From Azolla caroliniana (lineage: Eukaryota > Plantae > Polypodiophyta), in assembly GCA_043228905.1 (NCBI GenBank), contig JBHGNT010000011.1, positions 13,082,001 to 13,146,000 on the forward strand: a stretch of 64,000 nucleotides of DNA, written 5' to 3'. A program made the translations under genes and the position numbers. Positions 25,975-39,906 of the stretch are shown here, piece by piece (position 1 is the first letter of the stretch; every line of letters begins with the position of its first letter). The notes below the pieces were generated by a model, which did no database searches, was not told the origin of the DNA, and saw only the letters and a list, made by a program, of their open reading frames with translations.

Positions 25975-28900
25975 TTGGATCCAAAGTCCCGGCCTTGCAT
26001 ATTCCTCGGATACGGTGATGATGAGTTCGGCTACCGAGTGTGGGATCCGGTCGACAAGAAGGTTTTCTGGAGTCGAGATATTATCTTCATGGAGGACAAC
26101 ACCCTTGCCGACTGGGAGTTAGAGAAGAAGATAATGAACTCTGAGTTGATCGGTAAGGATCGGTTTGATGAGATTCGGACCTACCCGGCTAAGAGCCAGT
26201 TGACACTCAAAGAACCGTCCGGTTACGGTGAGAATACTGAACCGACAGAAGAAGAAGAAGAGGAAGCGGAAACTGGAACAACCCAAGACCCTGAATCGGA
26301 TTCGGATGAAGAACAAATAGAGGAGCCAGTTGCCGAAAGCCAAAGACGGAGATATCCTCTCAGAGAAAGAAGAGCCCCTCGGAGATTTTCGGATGTAGAG
26401 CATTTGTTGCTGACCGATGAGGGGGAGCCGGAAAGCTTCGAAGAAGCAAAGGAGGACACCCACAACTGCAAGTGGTTGAGTGCCATGCAGGTCAAGATGG
26501 ATTCCCTGCATGAGAACCACACATATGAACTAGTGGAGTTGCCAAAAGGAAAGCGGGCACTCCAAAATATGTGGGTGTACAAGCTGAAACTGGGAGATGC
26601 CGGCAACCCCCCGAGATACAAAGCTAGGATCGTGGTGAAGGGGTTCCAACAGAAGAAGGGCATGGACTTCGATGAGATATTTGCCCCGGTAGTAAAGATG
26701 ACTTCCATTCGGACAGTGGTGAGCATGGCAGCAAGCATGGACCTTGAGGTAGAGCAGTTAGACGTGAAGATGATGTTCCTCCATGGTGACCTCGAAGAGG
26801 AGATCTACATGCAGCAACCGGAGAGATTTGTGAAGAAAGGGAAGGAGCACCTGGTTTGCTGGTTGAAGAAGAGCCTCTATGGTTTGAAGCAGACTGCCCG
26901 GAAATGGTACCGGAAGTTCGACTCCTTCATGATCGATCAAGGGTACCACAAGATGCAGGCTGATCACTGCGTATTTGTGAAAAAGTTCGTGACGAAAACT
27001 CAAGGCTCCTTATGCGCTACGCTCGGCCACAACCGAGATTCTTTTCATACACAGGAAACAAGAAACGAAAAAAACACGCGACACAAAGGAGAGAAAAGGG
27101 TACACAGAATGTTTACGTGGAAAACCCCAAACTAGGGGAAAAACCACGGCAGCCCACAGGCTGCAAACTATCACTAAGTTGGAATGTACAAAACAGTGAG
27201 TTCACGAAGGCAACGACCTCGTGCTCACGATCTTCGCTACAGGTGGCGGTTACAACAGAGGCAGCGACCTCTTTCTCTCTCTCTCTCTGTACATTGTTAT
27301 GTGCTCTCTCTTCTTCTTGCACCAACAAGAAAATAACAAAAACTCACTACACATATTTGCCATAAGTCATATTTACACTAATATGACTTTTCGGCTATTT
27401 ACAAATATAGCCACGATGGGCTCTCAGAAACATATTTACGAATATGTCTCTTCCTCCGGTTCTCACCGGGTCTGTACCATCCGGTTCTCCGTAGTCGGGT
27501 ATTCCTCATCCGGTTCATACCGGGCTTGCACCATCCTGCTCTCCGTAGCCGGGTACTCCTCATCCGGTTCATACCGGGCCTGCACGATCCGGCTCTCCGT
27601 AGTCGGGTACTCCTCATCCGGTTCATACCGGGCCTGCACGATCTGGCTCTCCGTAGCCGGGTACTCCTCATCCGGTTCTCCGTAGCCGGGTACTTCTCTT
27701 CCGGTTTCGGTCGAGGCCTATCGGCCTCGGTCGAGATTGTTCGTCGGCACTGTTCTTCTCCCTTCCCATCCGGAGGGACCTGTCTCCCAACAATTCGAAG
27801 TTGGAGACTTCCTGATACTCCTCCTATACGTGGACGACATGTTGATCTTCGGTCGAGACCAAGTCAAGATACGGATGTTGAAGAAGGCCCTCAATCGGAC
27901 CTTCTCAATGAAAGACTTGGGTCCGGCAAGACAAATACTGGGGATGCATGTCATCCGGGACCAGTCAACGAAGCAATTGTGGCTGTCAAAGGAGAAGTAC
28001 GTGACAAAGGTGCTTCAACAGTTCAACATGTTAGATGCGAAACCGATCGGATTGACACTTCTGGCAAACTGCAAGCTATCTGGTAAGCAAAGCCCGAAAA
28101 CGAAGGCAGAGAAGGCGGATATTATGAAGATACCATATGCCTTTGCCGTTGACAGCTTAATGTACGCACTGGTGTGTACCCGACTGGATATCGGATACGC
28201 AGTCGGGGTGGTGAGCCGATTTATGAGCAATCCTGGCAAGGAACACTGGAATGCGGTAAAATGGATACTTCGGTACTTGAAAGACACGTCAAGTATGTGT
28301 CTCCGATTCGGCTCCAGTAAACCCCAACTTGATGATTTCACTGATTTGGATATGTCGGCTGATGCGGGTACCAGTTGGTCAACATCGGGATATGTTATGA
28401 CATATGCAGGGGGAGCTGTTTCGTGGCAGTCGAGGCTGCAGAAGACGATTGCGTTGTCAACCACATAGGCGGGCGGAGTACATGGCAGCCGTGGAAGCCG
28501 GTAAAGATATTATGGATGAAGGACTTCATCGGAGAGCTAGGGATCTGGCAAGAGGAATACCGGCTCTATTGCGATAGTCAAAGTGCCATCCACCTTGCAA
28601 AGAATGCGGCGTATCATTTTAGGATGAAGCACATCCATCGGAGGTACCACTGGATCTGGGAGCAAGTGGAAGATCGAGAGTTCGTGCTGATGAAGATCCA
28701 CATGGAGGAGAATGGGTCAGATATGCTGACCAAGGTGCTGACGTCTGACAAGGTGGACACATGCCGGAAGTGAATTGGACTAACCAGACATCGCCTGCCG
28801 GAGTGAAGGGGGAGTTTGTTAGGATTTTGGTCCCTCTGGATGGGCTGATGAAGGCCCGATGAAGGCCCGATAAGAACCGGACGTTGCAGGCTTGGTGAGA

Positions 28901-29072
28901 ACCTCTCACCGGATGAAGGGACATATATGTAAATATATTCAAGAGAGCCCACTAGGGCTATATTTGTAAATAGCCCGAAAGTCATATTAGTATAAATATG
29001 ACCTAGGGCAAACATTATTGTGAAGTTGTCATTATTTTGTATAGAGTTATTGGTGTAACTAATGTACAGAGC

Positions 29073-29111
<39 letters not shown>

Positions 29112-29376
29112 TCTGTTGTAACCGCTGCCAGGCGAAGATTAAGAGCAAGAGGTCATTGCCTCTGTGTTCCTCTGTTGTATTCTCCTTACATAGTGATAGT
29201 TGGAACTAGTGGGGCTCCCGTGGTTTTTCTTGTTCAGGGTTTTCCACGTAAACATACTGTGTACTCTCTCTTGCTCCTATTGTTTGTGTGTATATGTGCA
29301 TTTCTTCCTATTCCCATCTTCCTGTGGTTGATTCTAAAACGGTTGTGACCGAGCAATATTCCGCATATTCCTATCA
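25975..29376 (+). mobile_element. Element K: 5'-truncated Copia (integrase end, RT, RNase H, 3' LTR)
   Basis: CIFLGYG; YKARIVVKGF; YVDDML; PPT GAAGGGGGAG; LTR at 28817-29376. Confidence 0.88.
26990..27792 (-). mobile_element. Copia solo LTR in RT of K
   Basis: TG...CA termini; TSD GTTCG/ATTCG; 54-bp tandem repeats; related to 31002-31646. Confidence 0.88.
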
Positions 29377-30356
29377 TTTGGTTTGTAAAAGAATACGTGC
29401 GGAAGCAATAGAAAACCGAACACAGAAAATACGCAAGTTTAATGGAGAGCTTAGGATATACACAGAGTACGCGGGAGAGATAGAGAGAGAACACACAGAA
29501 ACTCAATTCAAAATAATACTCAATCTGTACATACATCATGCTCAATGAGCACCTTTTATACAAGCCCTGGCAATAGGGTTGACACAAGTACTAACAGTAC
29601 TTGACCGCTCATAAATGAGCCTACTACACTAACTCCCAAAATTATTCCTCAAGAGGAATATCTTCCCAACGTCCTCACGGTTTACGCACCGATATGGCTA
29701 TGTTATGTGTACCGATTTACGCACCTAGTCTATGCACTGGTTTACGCATCGTATTATGCACGAATGTTGAGCTTGTCTCTCAACACTCCCCCTCAAGCTC
29801 AACTTGAGGTTCAACCTGCTCTGCCGGATCTACGCTTCAGTTCCTTTTGGCTTCACGCCTCGCTCGCGCTCCTCGACCTATTCGATTCCACACGCCTCGA
29901 CCCTTTCGCTTGTAATTAAGTCGATTAATCTCCTTTACAATTGTTAGGAAATAGGTCCCTCCGGATGGGAGGCCTCGGCCGAAACCGGATGTGGTGAACC
30001 CTGTTACGGAAGACCCGGTGAGAACCGGATGACGAGTACCCGGCTACGAAGAGCCGGATAGTGCAGACCCGGTGAGAACCGGATGAGGAGTACCCTGCTA
30101 CGGAGAGCTGGATGGTGCATACCCGATGAGAACCGGATGACGAGTACCTGGCAAGCGCCGGATGATGCAGGCCCGGTGAGGAGTGCTCACCGGATGAAGG
30201 GACATATTCGTAAATATGTTTCCTGAGAGGCCATCGGGGCTATATTTGTAAATAGCCGAAAAGTCATATTAGTATAAATATGACTTAGGGCAAACTTAGA
30301 AAGCAGTGTGTTGTTGTCATTCTTGTTGGTGCAAGAATAGAGAGCGCATAATAGTG

Positions 30357-30392
<36 letters not shown>

Positions 30393-31001
30393 AAAAGAGG
30401 TTGTTGCCTCTGTTGTAACCGCCGCCTGTGGTGAAGATCGTGAGCATGAGGTCATTGCCTCCGTGAGCTCACTACAGTAATCATTGTGATATAGTGATAG
30501 TTTGGAGTCTGTGGACTCCCGTGGTTTTTCCCTCTTACGGTTTTCCACGTTAAACATCCTATGTACTCTTCTCTCCTTTGTGTCGTGCTTTCATTTCCCG
30601 TTTTCTGTGTATGATTCTAAGCTCGGTTGTGGCCGAGCGTTACGCACAGGGAGCGTGCAGTTCCTGTCAAAGTGGTATTAGAGCGAAACGACACAGAAGA
30701 TGGACGAATTGTTGGGCGGCATGTTCAAGCTCACCGGCTCCAACTATTCAGTGTGGAAGTCGAAGATAAGGGACATGCTTGTGGTTAAAGATCTTTGGTT
30801 ACTGGTTTAGTTTGGGGACAAGAGACCAGACAAAATCGACGCCACGATATGGGAGGTGATGCACATGAAGACAACGGCGTACATACGGTGCTTCATCGAC
30901 ATGAGCCTTTACAACAACCTCAATGAAGAGAGCAAGACTCATGAGCTTTGGGAGAAGATCGGCATTATGTTTCAGAACAAAAATGATGTTAACCAGGTTT
31001 T

Positions 31002-31646
31002 TGTTGGGAGACAGGTCCCTCCGGATGGGAAGGGAGAAAAACCGTATGAGGAGGACCTGACTACGGAGAGCCGGATGGTGCAGACCCGGTATGAACCGGA
31101 TGAGGAGTACCCGGCTACAGAGAGCCGGATGGTGCAGACCCGGTATGAAACGGATGAGGAGTACCCGGCTACGGAGAGCTGGATGGTGCAGACCCGGTAT
31201 GAACCGGATGAAGAGACATATTCGTAAATATGTTTCTGAGAGTCCATCGAGGCTATATTTGTAAATAGCCGAAAAGTCATATTAGTATAAATATGACTTA
31301 GGGCAAACTTTTAGGTTGTTATTCTTGTTTGAAAAAGAATAGAGAGAGCGCATAACTGTGTATAGAGAGAGAGAGAGAGAGAGAGAGAAAGAGGTCGTTG
31401 CCTCTGTTGTAACCGCCGCCTGTGGCGAAGATCTGTGAGCACGAGGTCGTTGCCTCAGTGAACTCACTATTGTACATTCTTACATAGTGACAGTTTGCAG
31501 CCTGTGGGCTGTCGTGGTTTTTTCCCCTAGTTTGGGGTTTTCCACGTAAACCTCCTGTGTATTTTTTTTATTTCCCGTTTTCTGTGTATCATTCTAAGCT
31601 CGGTTGTGGCCGAGCGTTGCGCATAAGGAGCGTTCAGTTCCCGTCA
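31002..31646 (+). mobile_element. Copia solo LTR in gag of J
   Basis: TG...CA termini; perfect TSD GTTTT. Confidence 0.92.
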
Positions 31647-32836
31647 GTTTTGGTATTCCGGAAGCTAGTAAGACTCCGGTACCAAGATGGCTCTAGCATG
31701 GCGGAGCACATGAATGCCTTCCAGGGGCTGATACACCAGGCAACATCATTGGAAGTACCTCTCGCCGATGAGGTACTAGTGCTACTCCTGCTTGGTTCCC
31801 TCCCGGATAGCTGGGAGACGTTGGTTGTCACTTTGGGCAACGCCGGGCCGGAAGGGAAACGGTTATCCCTAGCAAGAGTAAAGTCAAGCTTGCTAGATGA
31901 GGAGGCGCGTTGGAAAGATAAGGATACGAGCTCCGATACCAAAGCGCTCCTTACCGAATAGGAACGTGGAAGACAAAGGAACCGTAGTCCCCAAAACCGG
32001 GAAAAGTTGGGGACACGGTCAAAGTCGAGGGGGAGGCCTACCTGCTTCTATTGCGGCAAGCTGGGACACTTCCAGAAGAACTGTCGGCACTTACGAAAAG
32101 ACAAGGAAACCGACGGTACCGATTCAAAACGGACACCGGACCGGAACGGTAAAGACCGGAGGGGGCCGGACCGGAAGGGAACGACGGCAATTGCGGGAAG
32201 TGAAGAAGAGTTGATGCTCATCACCGAAGAGAGCGAGCTAAACCTTGTCGGCGACGAGATGACCTGGGTGGTCGACTCCTGAGCGTCATTCCACCTTACC
32301 CCGGACCGGAAATGCTTCTCATTCTACTCAGCCGGTGATCACAGTTGTGCCCGGATGGGGAATGAAGGTACATGCCCGAATTGTCGGCATAGGAGACGTG
32401 TGGTTGACAAAACAACCCGGATGCAAGCTGCTGGTGAAGGATGTACGACACGTTCCGGAGGTTCGTCTGAACCTGATATCAGCCAGTCGGCTAGACGATG
32501 AAGGCTACACGGGTAGCATCCAGAACGGTGTTATGAAGTTCAGCAAAGGGAGCCTGATTGTGGCTCGGGCCCGGAAGGTAAACACGTTGTACCTGATGAA
32601 TGCCCGGTTATGTTTAGAAGAAGTGAACGTAGCATCGGACACTGCCGGTGAGCTGTGGCACAAAAGGCTATGTCACATGAGCGAGAAGGGGATGAAGAGG
32701 CTTGTAGATGACAACCTCATTTCAGTGAAGAACGTGCACTTGGAGAAGTGCACTGATTGTCTGGCCGGTAAGCAAAACCGGACCTCCTTCCGAACAAGGC
32801 CACCGATGAGACGTAATGCACCACTGGAGCTGGTGC

Positions 32837-33268
32837 TGTCAGGAACAGTACTAAGACAGAGAAGGACTTAGTACTAAAAGAAGTATTAGTACTAAGAGAG
32901 GTGAAGAACTCTAAAGAGAAGGAAAGAGTGAGTGAGAGGGAGGGAGAGAGAGATCGAGAGAGAGAGAGAGAGTGATGATAAGAAAAGATATATATTATGT
33001 GAAGAAAATGTATAGTAGCTAGGAGGCTTAAGACTGGCGTTGAACCGATTTGGTTCGAAATAATGCCTTGTGCCTCCTTTTATAGTGTTCTAAAGAATAC
33101 TCCTGAAGTTTCTAGAATGTTCCAGAGAAATCTGGAATATACATCAATTTTCTATAATAAAACATAAATGAAAATAATATTTTACGTATTACAATGTATA
33201 ATCTAATGGTCAAGAGCTCGACCCATGTAGCATAAGGTCATGGGTTCGAGTCTTGCCATATCATGACA
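32837..33268 (-). mobile_element. Chromovirus (F family) solo LTR in integrase of J
   Basis: TGTCA...TGACA termini; perfect TSD GGTGC; homologous to 60215-60597. Confidence 0.92.
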
Positions 33269-33316
33269 GGTGCATACTGATGTGTGTCAAGTGGACACGA
33301 AGTCACATGCAGGATC

Positions 33317-33650
33317 ACAATACTTCGTGACGTTCATAGATGACCACAACCGGAAGTTGTTGAAGACGAAGGATCAGGTGTTATCCGTCTTCAAAGAACT
33401 CCACGCGAGAGTGGAAAGAGAAACCGGCCAGAAGCTGAAGGCGGTTCGAGCAGATAACGGAGGTGAATATCGGGGGCAGTTCGACAATACTTCGTGACGT
33501 TCATAGATGAACACAACCGGAAGTTGTTGAAGATGAAGGATCAGGTGTTATCCGTCTTCAAAGAACTCCACGCGAGAGTGGAAAGAGAAACCGGTCGGAA
33601 GCTGAAGGCGGTTCGAGCAGATAACGGAGGTGAATATCGGGGGCAGTTCG
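33317..33650 (+). repeat. 167-bp tandem duplication in J integrase
   Basis: Copies start at 33317 and 33484. Confidence 0.9.
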
Positions 33651-36424
33651 AGGAGTACTGTCGCTCGAAGGGAATCCGGCTTGAATTTACCGTGCCGAAG
33701 ACGCCGGAACTAAACGGGCTGGCCGAGAGATGAACTAGACCATAATGGAGAGGGTCCAGAGTATGCTGGCGCATGCAAAGTTACCCAAGACGTTTTGGGC
33801 TAAGGCGCTGTCGACAATGACGTATGTGATAAACAGATCACCCTCAGTACCCTTGGACGGAGACACGCCACAGAGAGTCTGGACCAGTAAGGAAGTGTCT
33901 TGCGTATGTGCATGTAGCTAAGGACCGGAGAGAAAAGTTAGATCCAAAGATCCGGCCATGCATATTTCTTGGTTACGATGACGATGAGTTCGGCTATCGA
34001 GTGTGGGACCCGGTCGACAAGAAGTTATTCCGGAGTCGAGATATTATCTTCAAGGAGGACAAGACGCTCACCGACTGGGAGTCGGAGAAGAAGATAATGA
34101 GCTCCAAGTCGACCGATAAGGATTGATTCTACGATGAGCAGAACCAATCGGCAAGAGATCGGTTAGCACTCGAGGAACCAACCGGTTACGGTGAGGATAC
34201 CGAACCGGCAAAAGAAGAAGTAGAGGAGGGTGAAACCGGAACCGGCGAAGACCCTGAATCGGATTCGGATGAAGAGCAAATGGAGGAGCCGGTTACTGAA
34301 GCCCAAAGACGGAGATATCCTCTCAGAGAGAGAAGGGTCCCCCGAAGATTTCCGGATGCAGAGCATGTGCTGCTAACTGATGAGGGGGAGCCAGAAAGCT
34401 TCGAAGAAGCGAAGGTTGACACTCACAACCGAAAATGGTTAAGTGCCATGCAGGATGAGATGGATTCCCTGCATGAGAACCATACGTACGAATTGCTTGA
34501 GTTGCTGAAAGGAAAGCGGGCACTCCAAAACAATTGGGTGTACAAGTTGAAACCAGGAGATGCCGGCAACCCCCCGAGATACAAAGCCATGATCGTGGTG
34601 AAGGGGTTCCAGCAGAAGAAGGGCATGGACTTCGACGAGATATTTGCCCCGGTAGTAAAGATGACCTCCATCCGGACGGTGCTGAGTATAGCGCCAAGCA
34701 TGGACCTCGAGGTAGAGCAACTAGACGTGAAGACGACATTCCTTCACGGCGACCTCGAAGAGGAGATCTACATGCAGCAACCGGAAGGATTCGTGGAGAA
34801 AGGGAAGGAGCACCTGGTATGCCGGTTGAAGAAGAGCCTATACGGACTGAAGCAGGCTCCCCAACAATGGTACCAGAAGTTCGACTCCTTCATGACCGAT
34901 CAAGGGTACCACAAGACGCAGGCCGATCACTATGTGTTTGTGAAGAAGTTCGAAGGAGGCAACTTCCTGATACTCCTTCTGTACGTGGATGACATGTTGA
35001 TCGTTGGACGGGACCAAGTCAAAATACGGATGCTGAAGAAGGCTCTCAACCGGACCTTCTCAATGAAAGACTTGGGTCCGGCAAGACAGATGCTGGGGAT
35101 GCACATCATTCGGGACCGGTCAAAGAAGCAATTATGGCTGTCACAGGAGAAGTACGTGACAAAGGTGCTTCACCGGTTCAACATGTCAGATGCGAAACCG
35201 GTCGGATCAACACTTCCGGCAAATTGCAAGCTATCCGGCAAGCAAAGCCCGAAGACGAAAGCAGAGAAGGCGGATATGATGAAGATCCCATATGCCTCTG
35301 CCGTCGGGAGCTTGATGTACGCAATGGTGTGTACCCGACCGGATATAGGATATGTAGTCAGAGTGGTGAGTAGGTTTATGAGCAATCCCGGAAAGGACCA
35401 CTGGGATGCGGTCAAATGGATACTCAGGTACTTGAAGGGGACTTCGAATATGTGTCTCCGATTTGACTCCGGTAAACCTCAACTTGACGGTTTTACTGAT
35501 TCGGACATGTCGGCTGATGTGGATACCAGCCGGTCTACATCCGGGTATGTAATGACATATGCAGGGGGAGCTATTTCGTGGCAGTCGAGGCTGCAGAAGA
35601 TGGTTGCATTGTCAACCACGGAGGTGGAGTACATGGCGGCTGTGGAAGCCGGCAAGGAAATATTATGGATGAAGGACTTCATCGGAGAGCTCAGTATCCG
35701 GCAAGATGAATACCGGCTCTATTGCGACAGTCAAAGTGCCATCTACCTTGCTAAGAATGCGGCCTATCATTCCCGGACGAAGCATATCTAGCGAAGGTAT
35801 CACTGGATCCGGGAAAGAGTAGATGACCAGGAGTTCGCGCTGACGAAGATCCACACGGCCGAGAACGGGTCAGATATGCTGACCAAAGTACTGATATCCG
35901 ACAAGCTGGATGCATGCTGAAAGCGGATCGGACTAGTAAGACATCCCATGCCGGAGTGAAGGGGGAATTTGTTAGGAAACAGGTCCCTCTGGATGGGAGG
36001 CCTCGACCGAAACCGGATGTGGTGAACCTTGCTACGGAAGACCCGGTGAGAACCGGATGATGGCAACTCGGCTACGGAAGACCTGGTGAGAACTGGATGA
36101 CGAGTACCCGGCTACGGAGAGCCGGATAGTGCAGACCCGGTGAGAACCGGATGAGGAGTACCCGGCTACGGAGAGCTGGATGGCGCAGACCCGGTGAGAA
36201 TCGGATGACGAGTACCCAGCAAGCGCCGGATGATGCAGGCCCAGTGAGGAGTGCTCACCGGATGAAGGGACATATTCGTAAATATGTTTCCTGAGAGGCC
36301 ATCGGGGCTATATTTGAAAATAGCCGAAAAGTCATATTAGTATAAATATGACTTAGGGCAAACTTAGAAAGCAGTGTGTTGTTGTCATTCTTGTTGATGC
36401 AAGACTAGAGATCGCGTAATAGTG

Positions 36425-36491
<67 letters not shown>

Positions 36492-36997
36492 GTTGTTGCC
36501 TCTGTTGTAACTGCCGCCTGTGGCGAAGATCGTGAGCACGAGGTTGTTGCCTCTGTGAGCTCACTACAGTAATCATTGTGATATAGTGATAGTTTGGAGT
36601 CTGTGGACTCCCGTGGTTTTTCCCTCTCTGGGTTTTCCACGTTAAACATCCTGTGTACTCTTCTCTCCTTTGTGTCGTGCTTTCATTTCCCGTTTTCTGT
36701 GTATGATTCTAAGCTCGGTTGTGGCCGAGTGTTGCGCATAGGGAGCGTGCAGTTCCTGTCAGTAATATACATATTCTTGAGTATTCTATTGTTGCCTAAA
36801 ATCTATCTTTTGTTTCTCTCCTCTCTCTCTCTCTCTCATACGCACAGAGTCACAATAGATATCTCTAGTCTATTCTGCTGCACAAGAATCACCATAGATT
36901 CTTTACATGGTATCAGAGCGTTTTGGTAGCTTGATCTCGCCCATCCGCGTGTGTTGAGCTCTACGCTGACGTTCAAGAAGAATCGACACATCGCTAT

Positions 36998-37422
36998 TGT
37001 AAAAGAATACGTTGTGCGGAAGCGTGTGCGTAAACATAGAGTACATAGTTCGGAGGAATAAGACAATTCGGTAAAACACAGAAAACGCAGAGATGGAGAT
37101 GGAGATGGAGAGAGAGACAGCAGACAACAGGAGAACTTAGATTCAAAATAATGTCTCTCTGTTCTATACATACTTCGTGCTCAGTGAGCATCTTATATAC
37201 AAGCCTTGACAATCGGGCCGACACAAGTACTGACAGTACTTGACACTCATAAATGAGCCGTTACACTCACTCCCAAAATTATTCCTTTCGAGGAATAGCT
37301 TTCTAACGGCCTCGCGGTTTACGCACCGCTATGACCTATTGTGCGCATGGTTCTACGCACCCAGTTTACGCACTGGGTTACGCACCCGATTAGGCACCGA
37401 ATGTTGAGCTTGTCTCTCAACA
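36998..37422 (-). repeat. Third, divergent A-family 3' LTR inside L
   Basis: TG...CA termini; PPT adjacent at 37423; clearly more diverged from 42004-42405 than 29384-29785 is. Confidence 0.85.
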
Positions 37423-39432
37423 CTCCCCCTGAAGCTCAACTTGAGGTTCCGTTCGCTCTTCCGGATCTACGCTCTGGTTCCTTCTGGCTTCACGCTCTTC
37501 GACTCGTTTGATTCCGTGCGCCTCGACCCTTCCGATCGGCTTGTCTGTTCACACGGCCCTTCTCAATTTTCTTGCTATTGCGGTGTTGGCGCCTCTTTTG
37601 TTGCCCTTTTTCCCGCATGGCTTTCAGTTGATTCGGTGTATCCGAATCGAACATACCGATTGAATCAAACACTTCCGATTCAATTCCGCCCTCATTTGAA
37701 TTGGCTGTCTCCAATTCTTCTCTTGTCTTTAGGCCTTTGACTACATCAGACCACGTCTTGGTCTTAGCCTTTACGTCCTTCTTGGCTGTATCTCCCCCTA
37801 ATTCGTCTATCCTCGGCTCCTTCTTATGCTTACGGCCCTTGGTCTTGCTTCCGTCTTCGGCTTCTTCGGCCGGTTCAAAGTCAGATTCTCCATCCGACTC
37901 CGCATCTCGGTCACTTTTGTCATGATGCTTACCTCCGCTCCTTTCACGTTCTTGTTCCTGTTTGTCTTCCTTTCTCCCCCTCAAGTTTGGCGTGTTTCGG
38001 AGGTACGGATCACTTCGATCCCGAGGAAGTAATGAAGGTCTCTAAGATCGTTCATTTCAAACGATGCCGCAAGCTGAGACTTCACGTGGCGGATTTCGTG
38101 ACGGTCGGCACCGGCGATGACTAAATCATCAACGTACAAGAGCAGGCTGACCGGTCCATATTGTCCTTGCTGAACAAATAGAGAAGAGTCTGATTTCGAT
38201 GGCGCAAACCCCATCCTACGCAACTGTTGTGTAATCTTTGCATTCCAAGCTCGCGGGGCTTGCTTTAGTCCATACAAGGATTTCTTCAATCGGCAAACTA
38301 CCAAGGTGTTTTGTTCGAATAGAAATCCAGGGGGCTGTACCATGTACACTTGTTCCTCAAGATCACCTTGTAGGAACGCATTCCTTACTTCCATCTGATG
38401 TAAGTGCCACCCCTTTGTCGTTGCTACCGCAAGCAAAACACGGATGATCGTCATCATTGCGATAGGTGCGAAGGTCTCGTCATAGTCCACGCTGTGCTTC
38501 TGCATGTAGCCTTTCGCTACTAAACGGGCCTTGTAGCGATTGATGGAGCCGTCTGTGTTGTGTTTCACTTTATACACCCATCGGCAGCCGATCGGCTTCA
38601 TACCCTTTGGTGTGTCAATCAGGTCCCATGTCTCATTCTGCGTTAAGGCGCGCATCTCTTTCTCCATTGCGGCAGGCCAATTTGCGTCCTTCATTGCTTC
38701 TGCGTAGCTCTCCGGCTCACGCACTTCCAGCACTCGCGTCATGTACGTGTAATGGTGCACCATGTACTCATTTTACCTGTATCTCTTTATGGGGTTCTTG
38801 CGGTGGGTAGATCGGCGTAATTTGTGATTACCGAATTTCACGACCTTTTCGGCTACCGTCGACCTCTTTCGTGGAGGTTCCTTTTTAGTTTGCCCGTAGT
38901 CAGACTCACTCCGATCTGACTCGGCGTTGCCGAAGTCGTATTCCAGCATTTTCTTCTTGCCTTTTTCCTTGCGTGTAAGCCGTCTCCTCGGCTTCCTGCG
39001 AGTGGAATGCACGACCGAGTCTCCACTACTCGCCGTCTCATCATCTGGTTGGCCATCTCAGCCCAACCCCTCATTCGGCCTGCTTAGCCGAAATGAGATC
39101 GGACTCTCTCTCAGAGCTCCGACGTCCTCATCATGCAGAGGCATTTCAGCCTCGTTGATATCTTCTTCAGAAATCGGAATGGAGTCATGAGGTTCTGGAG
39201 GAGAAGGCAGGTACCACGAAGCAGACTCATCAAACAAAACGTCGCGGCTTACGCGTACTTCCTTTATTCGAGGGTTATAACACTTATACCTTTTTTGCTC
39301 ATCTGAATAGCTGACCAAGATACATTTCTCAGCTTTAGCATCTAGTTTCCTCCTTTTCTCCTTCGGCACATGCACATACGCGATGCTGCCGAAGATCCTC
39401 AAGTGTGCCAAGTTCGGCTTCTTCCCGAAATA

Positions 39433-39906
39433 TGTTACCGTACGAGATGTATGGGTGATTGATAAGTGAGGGTGAAAAATGTAATGTATGTGTAATGTTA
39501 TACAATTGTGAGTGTGAATGTAAGTGTGAGTGTGGTGGATAAAAAGAGGTGTGAATGAGTGACTAGGTGTGAATGGCCCAAGGGGACTTGCACCCTTGTG
39601 TATCTACCCTTTTGTAACTATTTAACCCCTTATGGGGAATGAATGAATACAATAATCAATTTCTCTCTCAATCTCTCTCTTATCCTCTCTCTCTTCCCTC
39701 CCCTTAACGTTGAACCCCCTTGGGAGGGGGTTGGAGCCATTCTAGGCACCACCCCCCACGTCGCAATGCTTTTCAATGATTCTCAACCTCTTCATGATCT
39801 CTCTCACCATCATACTCTCCATCGTCATCACACCCACCATGTCTATCTTTATCATCAATCGTCATGATTATCATAAATGTTAACCCTAACCCTAAAACAT
39901 ACAACA
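39433..39906. mobile_element. Solo LTR of an otherwise unrepresented family, in L integrase
   Basis: TGTT...AACA termini; perfect TSD AAATA; the host motif ELYFGKKPNL is restored on removal. Confidence 0.85.

Larger units (their letters stand above)
29942..36761 (+). mobile_element. Element J: full-length decayed Copia (I/K family)
   Basis: LTRs at 29942-30669 and 35970-36761; PBS at 30673; degenerate TSD ACAAT/GTAAT; RT-RNase H ORF at 34280-35791. Confidence 0.92.
29911..36997 (+). mobile_element. Element M: short Copia 5' LTR plus PBS remnant, split by J
   Basis: TGTAA start at 29911; resumes at 36762; ends TTACA at 36907; PBS TGGTATCAGAGC at 36908. Confidence 0.62.

Noticed and set aside
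13453-29376. E and K as two halves of one element
   Set aside because: Their LTRs are related but too different, and no shared TSD was found.
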